Shown piece by piece: positions 22,941 to 36,016 of a stretch of 64,000 nucleotides of DNA; the stretch's first letter is position 1, and every line of letters begins with the position of its first letter. This DNA comes from Azolla caroliniana (Eukaryota; Plantae; Polypodiophyta): positions 12,462,001-12,526,000 of the forward strand of contig JBHGNT010000003.1 of assembly GCA_043228905.1 (NCBI GenBank). The letters run 5' to 3'. The translations under genes were made by a program, and so were the position numbers. The notes beneath the pieces were generated by a model. The model was given only the letters and a program-made list of their open reading frames with translations. It did not search any database and was not told the origin of the DNA.

Positions 22941-25528
22941 TCCCGTGGTGAGAATTTACCGTAGTATTCTATGCACATGGATAAGTGTGAGGGTTTAACG
23001 AGAGTGTAAAGAAGGGGAGGATTACTTTTAATTATTGGGATTTGAGACAACATATTAGGCCAAGTGTGAACTTGCCTGGGGGCCTTGGGTCTCGCTATAA
23101 ATATGAGGCCTAGCTACCCTCAATTCATCATCTCTTGACTACGTCAAGACTCTGTTCTTGTGGTGGGTCAACTCTTGTAGCGAGCGCGCAAGCACCAGGT
23201 ACGACTTGACGCCACGACGGTGGTATGGGACGCCAATTGAGGCTCGGCCCCTTCGCTTGGGGGTGGTCGGGTGGATCAGCACCCTTCTTTCTCTCTCTCC
23301 TTTCTTATTTCATATATTTTATATCCTTATGATATGCTTACATTAGATCATAATGACAGGAACTGGACGATCCTTATGCGCAACGCTCGGCCACAACCGA
23401 GATTCTTTTCATACACAGAAAAGGGGAAGTAGAACACGACACAAAGAAGAGAAATGGTACACAGGAGGTTAACGTGGAAAACCCCAAACTAGGGGAAAAA
23501 CCACGGCAGCCCACAGGCTGCAAACTGTCACTATGTATGAATGTACAAAACAGTGAGTACACGGAGGCAACAACCTCGGACTCTCTATCTTCGCCACAGG
23601 CGGCGGTTACAACAGAGGCAACGACCTCTCTCTCTCTCTCTCTGTACAGTTACGCACTCTCCCTTTTCTTGCACCAACAAGGAAAAAATGACAACAACCA
23701 CTAAAAAAGGTTTGCCCTAAGTCATATTTATACTAATATGACTTTTCGGCTATTTACAAATATAGCCACGATGGGCTCTTAGAAACATATTTACGAATAT
23801 GTCTCTTCCTCCGTTTCATACCGGGTCTGCACCATCCGGCTCTCCGTAGCCGGGTACTCCTCATCCGGTTCACACCGGGGCCTGCACCATCCGGCTCTCT
23901 GTAGCCGGGTACTACTCATCCGGTTCACACCGGACCTGTATCATCCGGCTCTCCGTAGCCGGGTACTACTCATCCGTTTGGTCGTCGGCACTGTTCTTCT
24001 CCCTTCCCATCCGGAGGGACCTGTCTCCCAACACATAACTCTAACACCAATTGTACAACTAATTGTAGAATGAAGTGTGTACTATGTTAGTACTAGCTCA
24101 ACCAAATATTGGATGGATTCTAGTACTACACCAATTGTACACCTAAAGGTCTCCTGAAGTGTGTAGTATGCATGTCCTAGCCCACCTAAATATAGAATGA
24201 ATTCTAGTACTAAATGAACTATACAACTAATTGCAGAATGAAGTGTGTACTATGTTAGTACTAGTTCACATAAATATAGGATGGACTCTAGTACTACAAC
24301 TATACACCTAAAGGTCTCCTAAAGTGTGTACTATGCTAGTAGCCCACCTAAATATAGAATGGATTATAGTACTAAACCAATTGTACAACTAATTGAAAAA
24401 TGAAGTGTGTTCTAACTCACCTAAATATAGGACGGATTCTAGTACTACACCTACTGTACACCTAAAGATCTCCGGCAATGTGTACTATGCTAGTACTAGC
24501 CCACGTAAATATAGAATGGGATTAAGTCAGAGTAGCATGTGTAGTACTACAACAACTACACACCAACATGTAAAATTAATTATGATGAATGCACAAGAAC
24601 TAAACCACATAAATATCGATGCAACATAGAGTATATGGAGCGAAACCAGTACTAAACCATAAATTTTCTATTTTCTGGTATGAACTGTGACCTAAACCAA
24701 TACTAAATCAATTATAAAATGGAATTAGAGAATACAACAAAACATAATAGTAGTATCACATACCAGAGAAGTGAATTTTGAAACCCATAGCTAAGTACTA
24801 AGTGGTACTTAGCACATAGTGTATGATATGTGTGTAAACACTGTGTAATCACAACACCCATAACCTTGAGCTGATTCCAAGGCCACATAATTCCACCTAG
24901 ACTTGGAGACACAAACTACAACATATGCTAAAGGAGAAAAATATAAACCATAGAAGGTAAAAGGAGAGATATCCTCAGAGGTATCCTCAGAATTCAAGCC
25001 AGTGTTTGTACTGGAGGACTCTCTATAATGTGATGATTCGTGACCAGTAAAGTCTTCCCAATCAACTTCAATGTCACTTGAACTTCACATGCAAAAGTGT
25101 TAGGAATATGTCCCTCTTGTGTGAGGAGCCGATTGTTCAGTTGAGCAAGAGTCGAAAGTTGAAGAACAAGGAGTAGGCGGTTGTTCGGGCTAAGAGCCGA
25201 CAATCGAAGAACACAGAGTAGCTGACTGGTCAGGCTGAGAGCTGACAATAATGAAAGAACAAGGAGAAGCCGATTGGTCCCGCTGAGAGCCGAGAATCGA
25301 AGACATGGTGAGAATCGACAATATTGTATAAGTGATCCACTTCGAAGACACGATTGACTAGTCGGGCTAATCGGATGGTCAACAACAAGGCCGACTAGTG
25401 GGGCCGGCTGGACAGTCGACATAGTAGTCGGCTAGTTGAATCAACTAGTCGATCATTTGGTTGATTATACATACTTGTAAATACCCCACACTGTGTTGAG
25501 GTATAAATACCTCAAGGGCAAAACTTTA
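22941..25528. repeat. Right arm of the inverted duplication (LTR A, TAGTACTA repeats, copia LTR D)
   Basis: Reverse complement of 162-2062 with the same insertion junctions; interrupted by solo LTR K1. Confidence 0.95.
23354..24033 (-). mobile_element. Copia solo LTR K1 (3 copies of a 54-bp unit)
   Basis: TG...CA; TSD CATAA at 23349-23353 and 24034-24038; absent from the left arm (empty site). Confidence 0.92.
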
Positions 25529-28500
25529 GATGTGAGGGTATTGTGCATTTCTTTGTGTATTTTGTTGTTTACTATTTTCTTTTTGTATATTTCTGATCTA
25601 TCTATTTTTTCTCTCTGCGGTGCGCTTCTCAATAAACTAGTATCAGAGCACGAGGTGAAAGATGGAAGGAGGTGTGCGTGGTTTTCCAAGAATGATGGTC
25701 CTGAACTCGCACAACTACGCAGACTAGAAGATCAAGATGTAAGATCTTCTCATCATCAAAGATCTGTACAAGCCCAATGATAGAGAGCAAATACCCACGG
25801 GGTATTGGAGCTTGAACGGAAACTCCTCAACAGGAAGGTTGTGGCTACCATCAGACAATGCGTAGATGTAAGTCTCCTTAAGCATGTGGCGAATGACACA
25901 AATGCCTACGAGATGTGGCAGAAGTTGCCAGGGCTCTACGAGAGAAAGAATGCCATCAACAAGATGGCTTTGATGAGAGAGATAGTCAGACTGAAGTACA
26001 AGGACAGAGAGAGTATAGTGGAACACATCAACACATTCATGGGGCTTGTAAGTCAACTTGCAGTAACCAAGTTTCCCCTAGATGATGTTATGCAAGACTT
26101 GTTGCTTATATGTACCATGTCGGACAACTGGGTGAACCTGGTGGTGACTTAGCACCTCGTGTTAGGAAGAAAACCAGTCTTTGCAAGTAGTAAAGAGAAG
26201 CATCTTGAATGAGGAGACAAGAAGGAAGGACAAGGGTGTCCTGTCCCAATAGGAATCAAACCTGACTCACCATTCCAGGAGAGGAAGGAACAGACAGAGA
26301 AGTCCACAAAGGAGGGACAAATCCCATGCTAGATCGAAGTCTAGAGGTAAGCTGGCATGCTTTTATTGTGGAAAGCCTAGACACTTCTCGAAGAACTCCC
26401 GACACCTCAAGGAGGACAAAGGTGTCTATAATGATGTCGAACCCAGGAAGATTCCTGATGAAAAGGGCACATCAGTTGTAGCCACAAGTGAAGAAGAGAT
26501 CGTGTTCATTTGTGAACAAGCAAGTGCAAATCTTGCAAGTGAAGAAAGCACCATGGTGATTGACTCCGGTGCATCTTTTCATATAACTCCCTCGAGAGAG
26601 TGTTTCTCGACTTACACAACTGAGGACTATGGCAATGTAAAGATGGGAGATAATGGTGAATGTAGGATAGTCGACATTGGAAGTGTGTGCCTAACAACGT
26701 CGATTGATGCTGAGGGAAGTTCGACACATCCCCAATATCAGATTAAATCTGATATCGACTGGAAGATTAGATGATGAAGGCTATAGTGGTAGCCTTCGAA
26801 ATGGCAAGTGGAAGCTCTACCGAGGAAACCTCATAGTGAAAGAGGGCACATTGTATATGATGCATGCCCAACTGTGTAAGTTGGAAGCAAATGTGACAGC
26901 CAACTCAACTGGAGAATTATGGCATAAGAGATTAGGCCACATGAATGAAAAAGGAATCATATCCTAACCGACCAGAAGCTTCTCCCAGATGTGAAAGGAG
27001 TACACTTGGAGAAGTGTGTCAGCTGCCTGGTCGGAAAGTAGAATAGAGTTGCACTCCACACAAGACCAGCAAGGAGAAGAGAAGCTGCACTGGAACTAGT
27101 GCACACAGACATGTGCTATGTAGATGCTCCATCGCATCGAGGTGGACAATACTTCATAACATTTATTGACGACTACAATCGACAGTTGTGGGCTTTCGTA
27201 CTAAAGTCGAAAGATGTTGTGGTTGTCACAAGAGAAGTATGTGACAAAGTTCTTAGAAAGATTCAACATGTCAGAAGTAAAGTCAGTTGGCTCTCTGTTG
27301 CAACATACTACAGGCTGAATGCTAAGTAATGACGGAAGAGCGAAAAGGAGAAGGCTGAGATGAGTAAAATACCATATACCTCAGATGTCGACGGTTTGAT
27401 GAATTCTATGGTCTGTGCGAGACTGGACATAGCATTTACTATGGAAGTAGTAAGCTAATATATTAGTAATCCAGGACAAGAACATTGGGCAGCTATCAAA
27501 TGGTTATTCATGTACTTAAAAGGCACCTCAAGGGTATGCCTTAGGTGTAGTGTTGGAAAACCTATGCTAGAAGGTTTTACCGATTTGGACATGTCGGCGG
27601 ATGAAGACTCCAGTCGATCCACGTCAAGGTAAGTGATGGCAAGGAGCTGATATGGATGAAGAGTTTCCTCAGCGAATTGGGAATGAAGGAAGAAAGATTC
27701 TTGCTTCATTGCGATAATCAGACTGCCATACATCTAGCCAAGAACGTTGAGTATCACTCCCAGACCAAACATATACAGAGGAGGTATTATTGTTGAGGGA
27801 GACAGTGGATGACGAGGAGTTTACGCTCATGAAGATCCATACTAACGACAATGGATCCAACATGCTCACGAAGAACCTACTGATGGACAGAATCAGTGTT
27901 TGTCGACAAAAGACAAGACTAGCTAACTCCCTCCGACAAGAGTGAAGGGGTGTTTGTTAGGAATATGTCCCTCCTATGGGTGGAACCGACTATTTGGTTG
28001 AGCAAGAACCGACAATTAAAAAACAAGTAGTAGTCGAATGGTCGGGCTGAGAGCCAATAGTCGAAAACATGGTGATAGCTGACTAGAAGAGTTGACAACA
28101 TTGTATAAGTGATCCAAGTCGAAGACACGACCGACTAGTCGGGTTGACTGAATGGTCAACGAAAAGGCCAACTAGTCGGATCGACTGGATAGTCAACATA
28201 GGTGTCGGCTAGTCGATCAATTGGTGGATTAGCGATTGTTACTGTTATTATCATTAACAGACATATTTGTAAATAGCCCATTTGTGTTTGAGGTATAACT
28301 AGGTAAAAACATTAGATGTGAGGGTAGAACTGTAGAACGGAAAAAACAGAGCGAGAGAGAGAAGAAGAAAGAGACATGCATGAGAGCATGAGCAGTGCCA
28401 TAGTTGTGTAACTGTAGATGCCAAGAGCCCTATGTGGTTTATACACTCCGTACGGAGAGTGTTGTAATCTGTTCTCTCTTGTATATCCACTATCATAGTG

Positions 28501-28653
28501 AAGATCTCTTCCCGTGGTTCTTTCGCATTCAGGGTTTTCCACGTAATACCTATGTACTGTGCATTACTCTGTGTATTTTGTTGCTTACTATTTTCTGTTT
28601 GTACATTTCCGATCTGTCTATTTTGTATGCCTGCAATCCGTTTCTCAATAACA
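25098..28653 (+). mobile_element. Internally deleted copia element D1
   Basis: LTRs 25098-~25635 and 27955-28653; PBS TAGTATCAGAGC; gag, VIDSGAS, HTDMC integrase joined directly to RT at ~27216; no matching TSD. Confidence 0.85.
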
Positions 28654-29324
28654 AGCACATGCACTTCACCCTTTCTTTGGTGTGTGTCTATTTACTCTTT
28701 TTGATGGGGGGGGTCCACATTCTTTCCTTTGTGGGTGTCTTCACTTTATCTTTGACTAGTGCCTTCTTCGTGGGTGTCTTCTTTGTCATTTTTCTAGTTC
28801 TCAATCTTCTTCTAAAAAAGCTTCCACAACATAGTATTAACTCACCATACATGGCTATAAACTAGTACTTCATACATCAATATACATAGCAGAATACCAT
28901 TCCTAGATTAGGCAGTAGATTACCACACTATAAATATGTCTAGACAATAGTACTAAATCAACAAGAAGAACAACAACTTTTCAACATAGCAGTACTAATT
29001 CAAACATCCCTCTTTCCAACAAGAAGAAGAAGCAAAGAAGATTCAACATGTACAAGGTTCAAGTATATGTCGACCCTCAAATTGTTGGGATTTGTATCTC
29101 AGATTTGTGAGAAAGACTGACTCCGAAATACATAATAACACAGAAACAGAAATACACAAGATACACAAAGTTTTACGTGGAAACCCTAAATTGGGAAAAC
29201 CACATGAGAATAGATGTTCCACTATACAACAAGGAATACAAGGGAGACAAGAATACAACACTCTTTGTGTAGAGTGTATCAGCCACACAGGGCTCTTGAC
29301 GTCTAACCTCACTTAACTATGGCA

Positions 29325-29327
<3 letters not shown>

Positions 29328-29381
<54 letters not shown>
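29328..29381. repeat. (CT)n microsatellite inside an LTR
   Basis: Pure dinucleotide run. Confidence 0.95.
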
Positions 29382-29384
<3 letters not shown>

Positions 29385-30139
29385 CAACACTTCGCTATGT
29401 TCTACACTTTATGTTCTACTTACTAAAGCTTTTCTCTAAATGTATTTATACTTATACATATAGGCTATTTACAAATGTCATCCCTATTACTCTCACTTCT
29501 ATTATTATACTCCTCTCATAGGAGGGACATATTCCTAACAAATACCCCCTTTACTCTTGTGGGTGTAGTCGGTTAGTTCCATGTCTATCCATTAGTAGGT
29601 TTTTGAGCAGCATGTCGGATCCATTGTCATCGGTATGGATCTTCACAAGGGTAAACTCTCCTCCTTCCACTTTCTCCCGCAACCAATGATACCTCCTCTG
29701 TATATGTTTGGTCCAGGAGTGTTATGCAGCATTCTTGGCTAGATGTATGGTGCTCTGGTTGTCACAATGAAGCATGAACTCCCTTTTCTTCATTTCAAAT
29801 TCACCGAGAAAATTTCTCATCCAAATAAGTTGTTTGCCGACCTCTACCTATGCCATGTACTTTGCCTTTGTGGTCGACAAGGCCACATATTTCTGAAGTT
29901 GTCACTGCCACGACACTACTCCACCTGAATCGGTTATCACGTACCCTGAAGTGGATCGACTTGAGTTTGTGTCCCCCGATATTTTTGAGTTAGTAAACCC
30001 TTCGAGCATAGGTTTTTCGACACCATACCTTAGGCATACCCCCAAGGTGCCTTTTAAGTACTTGAGTATCCATTTACCAGTTGCCTAGTGTTCTCGTCCT
30101 AGATTACTCATATATCGGCTTACTACCCCCACAACAAAT

Positions 30140-33100
30140 TGAAGGAAAAAAGTGCGGAATATTGCTCGGCCACAACCGAGTAATGAATCACTTCAATGAG
30201 AATGGAACACAGAAATGGGAAATAGAGAGTGAACGCACGTACACACACAACGATAGAGAGTACACAAGATGTTTACGTGGAAAACCCTGAATGGGAAAAA
30301 CCACGGGAGCCCACAGACTCCAACTATCACTATGAAGAAAAAGGGCACAATAAGTAACTCAGATGCGAACAACCTCGAGCTCTATATCTTCGCCAAGCGC
30401 CGGTTACAACAGAGTATTGCTATGTATCTCTCTCTCTCTCTCTCTATACAATAATTATACACATACAACAATATGACAACCACATGCTAAGTGATTGCCC
30501 TAAGTCATATTTATACTTATATGAACTTAGGGCTATTTACAAATATAGCCTCAATAGGCTTACTCAAAACATATTTACAAATATGTCTTCTCTTTCGGTT
30601 CTCACCGGGTCCATCCGATCCGGTTTCCGGATCTCTTCCGGTTCTCACCTGGTCCACCCGATCTAGTTTCCGGATCTCTTCCAGTTCTCATTGGGTCCTC
30701 TTCATTCATAATCGGATCCTATCCGGAGGGACCGATTTCCCAACAATCTCCCCCTTCACTCCGGCATGGGATGTCTCACCAGCTCGATCCGCTTTCGACA
30801 CGCGTCCAACTTGTCGGTTGTCAACACCTTGGTCAACATGTCTGACCCGTTCTACTCCACGTGGATCTTTGTTAGCATGAACTCTTGATCTTGTACTCTC
30901 TCCCTAATCCAGTGGTACCTTCGCTAGATATGTTTCGTCCGGGAATGGTAGGCCGCATTCTTTGCAAGGTGATGGCACTTTGACTATCATAGTAGAGCCG
31001 TTATTCCTCCTGTTGGATTCCTAGCTCTCCGATGAAGTCCTTCATCCAGATTATCTCCTTGCCGGCTTCTACAACTGCCATGTACTCCGCTTCTGTGGTT
31101 GACAACGCAATCGTCTTCTACAGCCTTGACTGCCACGAAATAGCTCCCCCTGCATAAGTCATGACATATCCGGATGTAGACCGGCTGGTATCTGCATCAG
31201 CTGACATGTCCGAATCGGTGAAGCCTTCCAAGAAGGGTTTACCGGAGCCGAATCGGAGGCACATACTCGAGGTGCCTTTCAGATATCGGAGTATCCACTT
31301 GACCGCATTCTAGATACTAGAGTATCCACTTGACCGCATTCCAGTGCTCTTTTCCGGGGTTGCTCATGAACTGGCTCACCACTCCGACTGCATAACCGAT
31401 ATCCGGCTGGGTGCATACCATCACCTACATCAAGCTTCCGACGGCAGAGGCATATGGTATCTTTGTCATATCCAACTTCTCTGCCTTTGTCTTTGGGCTT
31501 TGCTTTCCGAACAACTTGCAATTTGTCGGAAGTGTCGATCCGACCGGTTTCGTTTCCGACATGTTGAACCTTTGGAATACCTTTGTCACGTACTTCTATT
31601 GTGACAACCACAACAGCTTCTTCGACCGGTCCCGGATGATGTGCATTCCCAAATATCTGTCTTGCCAGACCCAAGTCCTTCATTGAGAAGGTCCGGTTCA
31701 GAGCCTTCTTCAGCATCTGAATCTTGCCTCAGTCTCGTCTGATGATCAACATATCATCCACATATAGGAGTATCAGTAAATCTCCTCCATCAAATTTCTT
31801 CACAAACACGCAATGATTGGCCTGTGTCTTGTGGTACCCTTGGTCGGTAATGAAGGAGTCGAACTTCCGATACCATTTCCAGGGAGCTTGCTTCAATCTG
31901 TATAAGCTCTTCTTCAGCCGGCACACTAGGTGCTCCTTCCCTTTCTTCTCAAAGCCTTCCGGTTGATGCATGTAGATCTCTTCTCCGAGTTTGCCATGCA
32001 AGAATGCCATCTTGACATCCAGTTGCTCCACCTCGAGGTCCATGCTTGCCGCTATGCTCAATACCATCCGGATGGATGTCATCTTTACTACCGGAGCAAA
32101 GATCTCATCGAAATCCACTCCTTTCTTCTGCTAGAACCCCTTCACCACGATCCAAGCTTTGTATCTCGGTGGGTTTCTGGCATCTCCCGGTTTTAGCTTA
32201 TACACCCACTTGTTCCAGAGTGCCCTCTTTCCTTTCGCCTACTCCGTCAATTCATACGTGTGGTTCTCATGTAGGGAATCCATCTCGTCCTGCATGGCAG
32301 GTAACCACTTATGGCTGTGGGTGTCTTTCTTTGCATCTTCAAAACTTTTCGTCTCCCCCTCATCGGTTAGCAACACATGCTCTGCATCTGGAAATCTCCG
32401 GGTGGGTCTTCTCTCTCGGAGAGGGTATCTCCATCCTTGGTTTCTGACTACCGGTTCCTCCGTTTGTTCCTCATACGAATCCAATTCAGGATCTTGTCCG
32501 GTTCCGGTGTCTTCTTATTCTTCTTCTTTGGTTAGTTCGGTTTCTTGTCTGTATCCGGCCGGTTCGTCGAGTGTCCTCCGGTTTCCGGCCAACATCCGGT
32601 TCTCAACCAGGTAGGTCCATGAATCCTCAAACCGAATTTCTTTGGATGATCTAAAGTTCATCATCTTCTTCTCCGACTCCTAGTCGGCAATGTTCTTGTC
32701 TTCCCTGAACACTATGTCCCAACTCCGAAACACCTTCTTGTGGACCAGATTCCACACTCGGTACCCAAACTCATCATCATCGTATCCAAGGAATATGCAT
32801 GACCAGGTCTTTAGATCCAGTTTTCCTCTCTTGTCCTTTGCAACAAGCACATTTGCGAGACACCCGAACAACTTTAGATGCTGGTAAGATACATCTTTAC
32901 CGGTCCATACTTTCTGAGGTGAGTCTCCTTCCAAGGGTGCTAAGGGTGATCTGTTTATCACATAGGTCATCATCGTTAACACCTCAACCCAAAACTTCAT
33001 GGGTAACTTGGTATATGAAAGCATGCTCCGGAGTCTCTCCATTATGGTCTGATTCATCCTTTTGGCCAGCCCGTTTAGTTCCAGCGTCTTCGGCACGGTA

Positions 33101-36016
33101 AACTCGAGCCGGATTCCCTTCGACCAGCAGTACTCCTCACACTGCCCCCTGTATTCTCCTCCATTATCTGCTCGAACAGCCTCCAGCTTCCGGCCGGTTG
33201 CTCTTTCCACTCTCGCATGGAGCTCCTTGAAGACGGATAACACCTAATCCTTTGTCTTCAGTGGTGAGACCCACAACTTCCGGTTGTGGTCATCTATGAA
33301 TGGCATGAGGTACTGTGATCTGGTATGTGACTTCGTGTCTACTTGACGCACATCGGCATGCACCAGCTCCAGTGGTGCATTCCGTCTCATTGGTGGTCTT
33401 GACCAGAAGGAGGTTTGGTTTTGCTTGCCGGCCAAGCAATCGATGCACTTCTCAAGTTGCACGTCCTACACCAGAGATTGTCTTCGGCAAGTCTCTTCAT
33501 CCCCCTTTGACTCATGTGACACAACCTCTTGTGCCACAGCTGACCTGCAGTGTCAAATGCTACGATCACTTCCCGACATATGCGGGCGTGCATCAAGTAC
33601 AATGTGTTGATCTTTCCGGGGCAAGCCACGATCAAGCTTCCCTTGATAAACTTCATGACTCTGTTCCGGATGCTACCCATGTAGCCTTCGTCATCTAGCC
33701 AACTGGCTGATATTCAGTCAAACCTTCGGAACTTGTCGGACATCCTTCAACGACTTGTTTCGGTGTCTTCTTCTTCTTCTTCTTTAGTAGGTTTGGTTTC
33801 TTGTCCATATCCGGTCGATTCGTCGAGTGTCATCCGGTTACCGGCTAGCATCTTGTTTTCAACCAGGTATATGCTTGTGTCCTCAAGCCAGTTTTCATTG
33901 GATGATCCGGAGTTCATCATCTTCTTCTCTGACTCCCAGTCGGAAATGGTCTTGTCTTCCATGAAGACTATGTCTTGACTCCGGAACACCTGACTCAACC
34001 AAATCCCACACCTGGTAACTGAACTCATCATCGTCGTATCCAAGGAATATGCATGGCCGGGACTTTGGATCCAACTTTTCTCTCTTGTCCTTCACCACAT
34101 GCACGTAAGAGAGACATTTGAATACCTTTAGATGCCGGTATGATACGTCCTTACCAATCCATACTCTTTGCGGTGTCTCTCCGTCCAAGGGTACTGAGGG
34201 TAATCGATTTCTCATATAGGTCGCCGCCGTCAGCGCCTCAGCCCAAAACGACTTGGGGAAGTTGGCATGTGCAAGCATGCTCAAGACTCTCTCCATTGTG
34301 GTCTGGCTCATCCTTTTGGCCAACCCGTTTAGTTCTGGCGTCTTCGGCACGGTAAATTCGAGCCGAATTCCCTTCGACCGGCAATACTCCTCAAACTGCC
34401 CCCAATATTCTCTTTTGTTATCTGCTTGAACCGCCTTCAGCTTCCGGCTGGTTTCTCTTTCCACTCTGGCGTGGAGCTCCTTGAAGACGGGTAGTACCTC
34501 ATCCTTCATCTTCAACAGTGAGACCCACAACTTCCGGCTGTGGTCATCTATGAACGTCACGAAGTACTGCGATCTGGCATGTGACTTCGTGTCCACTTGA
34601 CACACATCGGTATGCACCAGCTCCAGTGGTGCATTCCGTCTCATCGGTGGTCTTGACTGGAAGGAGGTTCAGTTTTGCTTGGCGGGCAAGCAGTCGGTGC
34701 ACTTCTCAAGATGCACGTCTTTCACCTCCGGAATGAGGTTGTCTTCGGCAAGTCTTCTCATCCCCATCTGGCTCATATGACATAATCTCTTGTCCCATAG
34801 CTCACCGGCAGTGTTTGATGTAACATTGACTTCTTCCTGGCATATCCAGGCCTGCATCAAGTACAGTGTGCCCCGGTTGTGGTCATCTTCCATGACCAAG
34901 GCCTTCGGATCGGTTCCAAACTCCTGACCCTTCTGGCGAGCTTCTTCATCTAGCAAGCTTGACTTGACTCTTGCTAGGGACAACTGTTTTCCTTCCGGCC
35001 CGGCGTTGCCCAACGTGACAACTAACATCTCCCAGCTATCTGGGAGAGAATTGAGCAGGAGCAATGTGAGTACCTCATCGGCGAGAGGTACTTCCAACGA
35101 TGTTTCCTAGTGTATCAGCCCTTGGAAGGCATTCATGTGCTCCGCCATACTGGAGCCATCTTGGTATTAGACTCTTACTAGCTTCTGTAATACTGAAACC
35201 CAATTAACAACATTCATGTTCTGGAACATGATGCCGATCTTCTCCCAAAGTTCATGAGCCTTGCTCTCTTCATTGAAGTTGTTGTACAGGCTCATGTCGA
35301 TGAAGCATCAGATGTATGTCGTCGTCTTCATGTGCATCACCTCAAGGCCACACTGTGGTGTCGATCTTATCCGGTCTCTTGTCCCCAAACTGAACTGGCA
35401 ACCAAAGATCTTTAATCACCAGCATATCCCTCATCTTTGACTTCCACATTGAGTGGTTGGAGCTGGTGAGCTTGAACATGCCACTGAACAATTCTTCCAT
35501 TTCCTATGTTGTTCGCTCTAATACTAGATTGATGGAAAAAAGCACGGAATACTGCTCGGCCACAACCGAGTAATGAATCACATTAATGCGAATGAAACAC
35601 AGAAATGGGAAATAGAGAGTGAACACACGTACACACACACAACGATAGAGAGTACACAAGATGTTTACGTGGAAAACCCTGAATGGGAAAAACCACGGGA
35701 GCCCACAGACTCCAACTATTGCTATGAAGAAAAACGACCTCGAGCTCTGTATCTTCGCCAAGCGGCGGTTACAACAGAGTATCGCTCTATATCTCTCTCT
35801 CTATGCAACAGTTATACACATACAACAATATGACAACCACATACTAAGTGATTGCCCTAAGTCATATTTATACTTATATGAACTTAGGGCTATTTACAAA
35901 TATAGCCTCAATAGGCTTACTTAAAACATATTTACAAATATGTCTTCTCTTCTGGTTCTCACCGGGTCCTCTTCATTCATAACCGGATCCTATCCGGAGG
36001 GGCCGATTTCCCAACA
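30140..36016 (-). mobile_element. Copia element G with a duplicated integrase region
   Basis: LTRs 30140-30745 and ~35530-36016; TSD CAAAT at 30135-30139 and 36017-36021; YVDD RT; PBS and PPT present. Confidence 0.92.

Noticed and set aside
162-25528. Inverted arms as TIRs of a giant DNA transposon
   Set aside because: The arms are composites of two LTRs and their flank; no TSD or transposase between them.
25098-28653. Intact copia insertion
   Set aside because: Flanks AAAAG and AGCAC do not match, the LTRs are visibly diverged, and there are large internal deletions.
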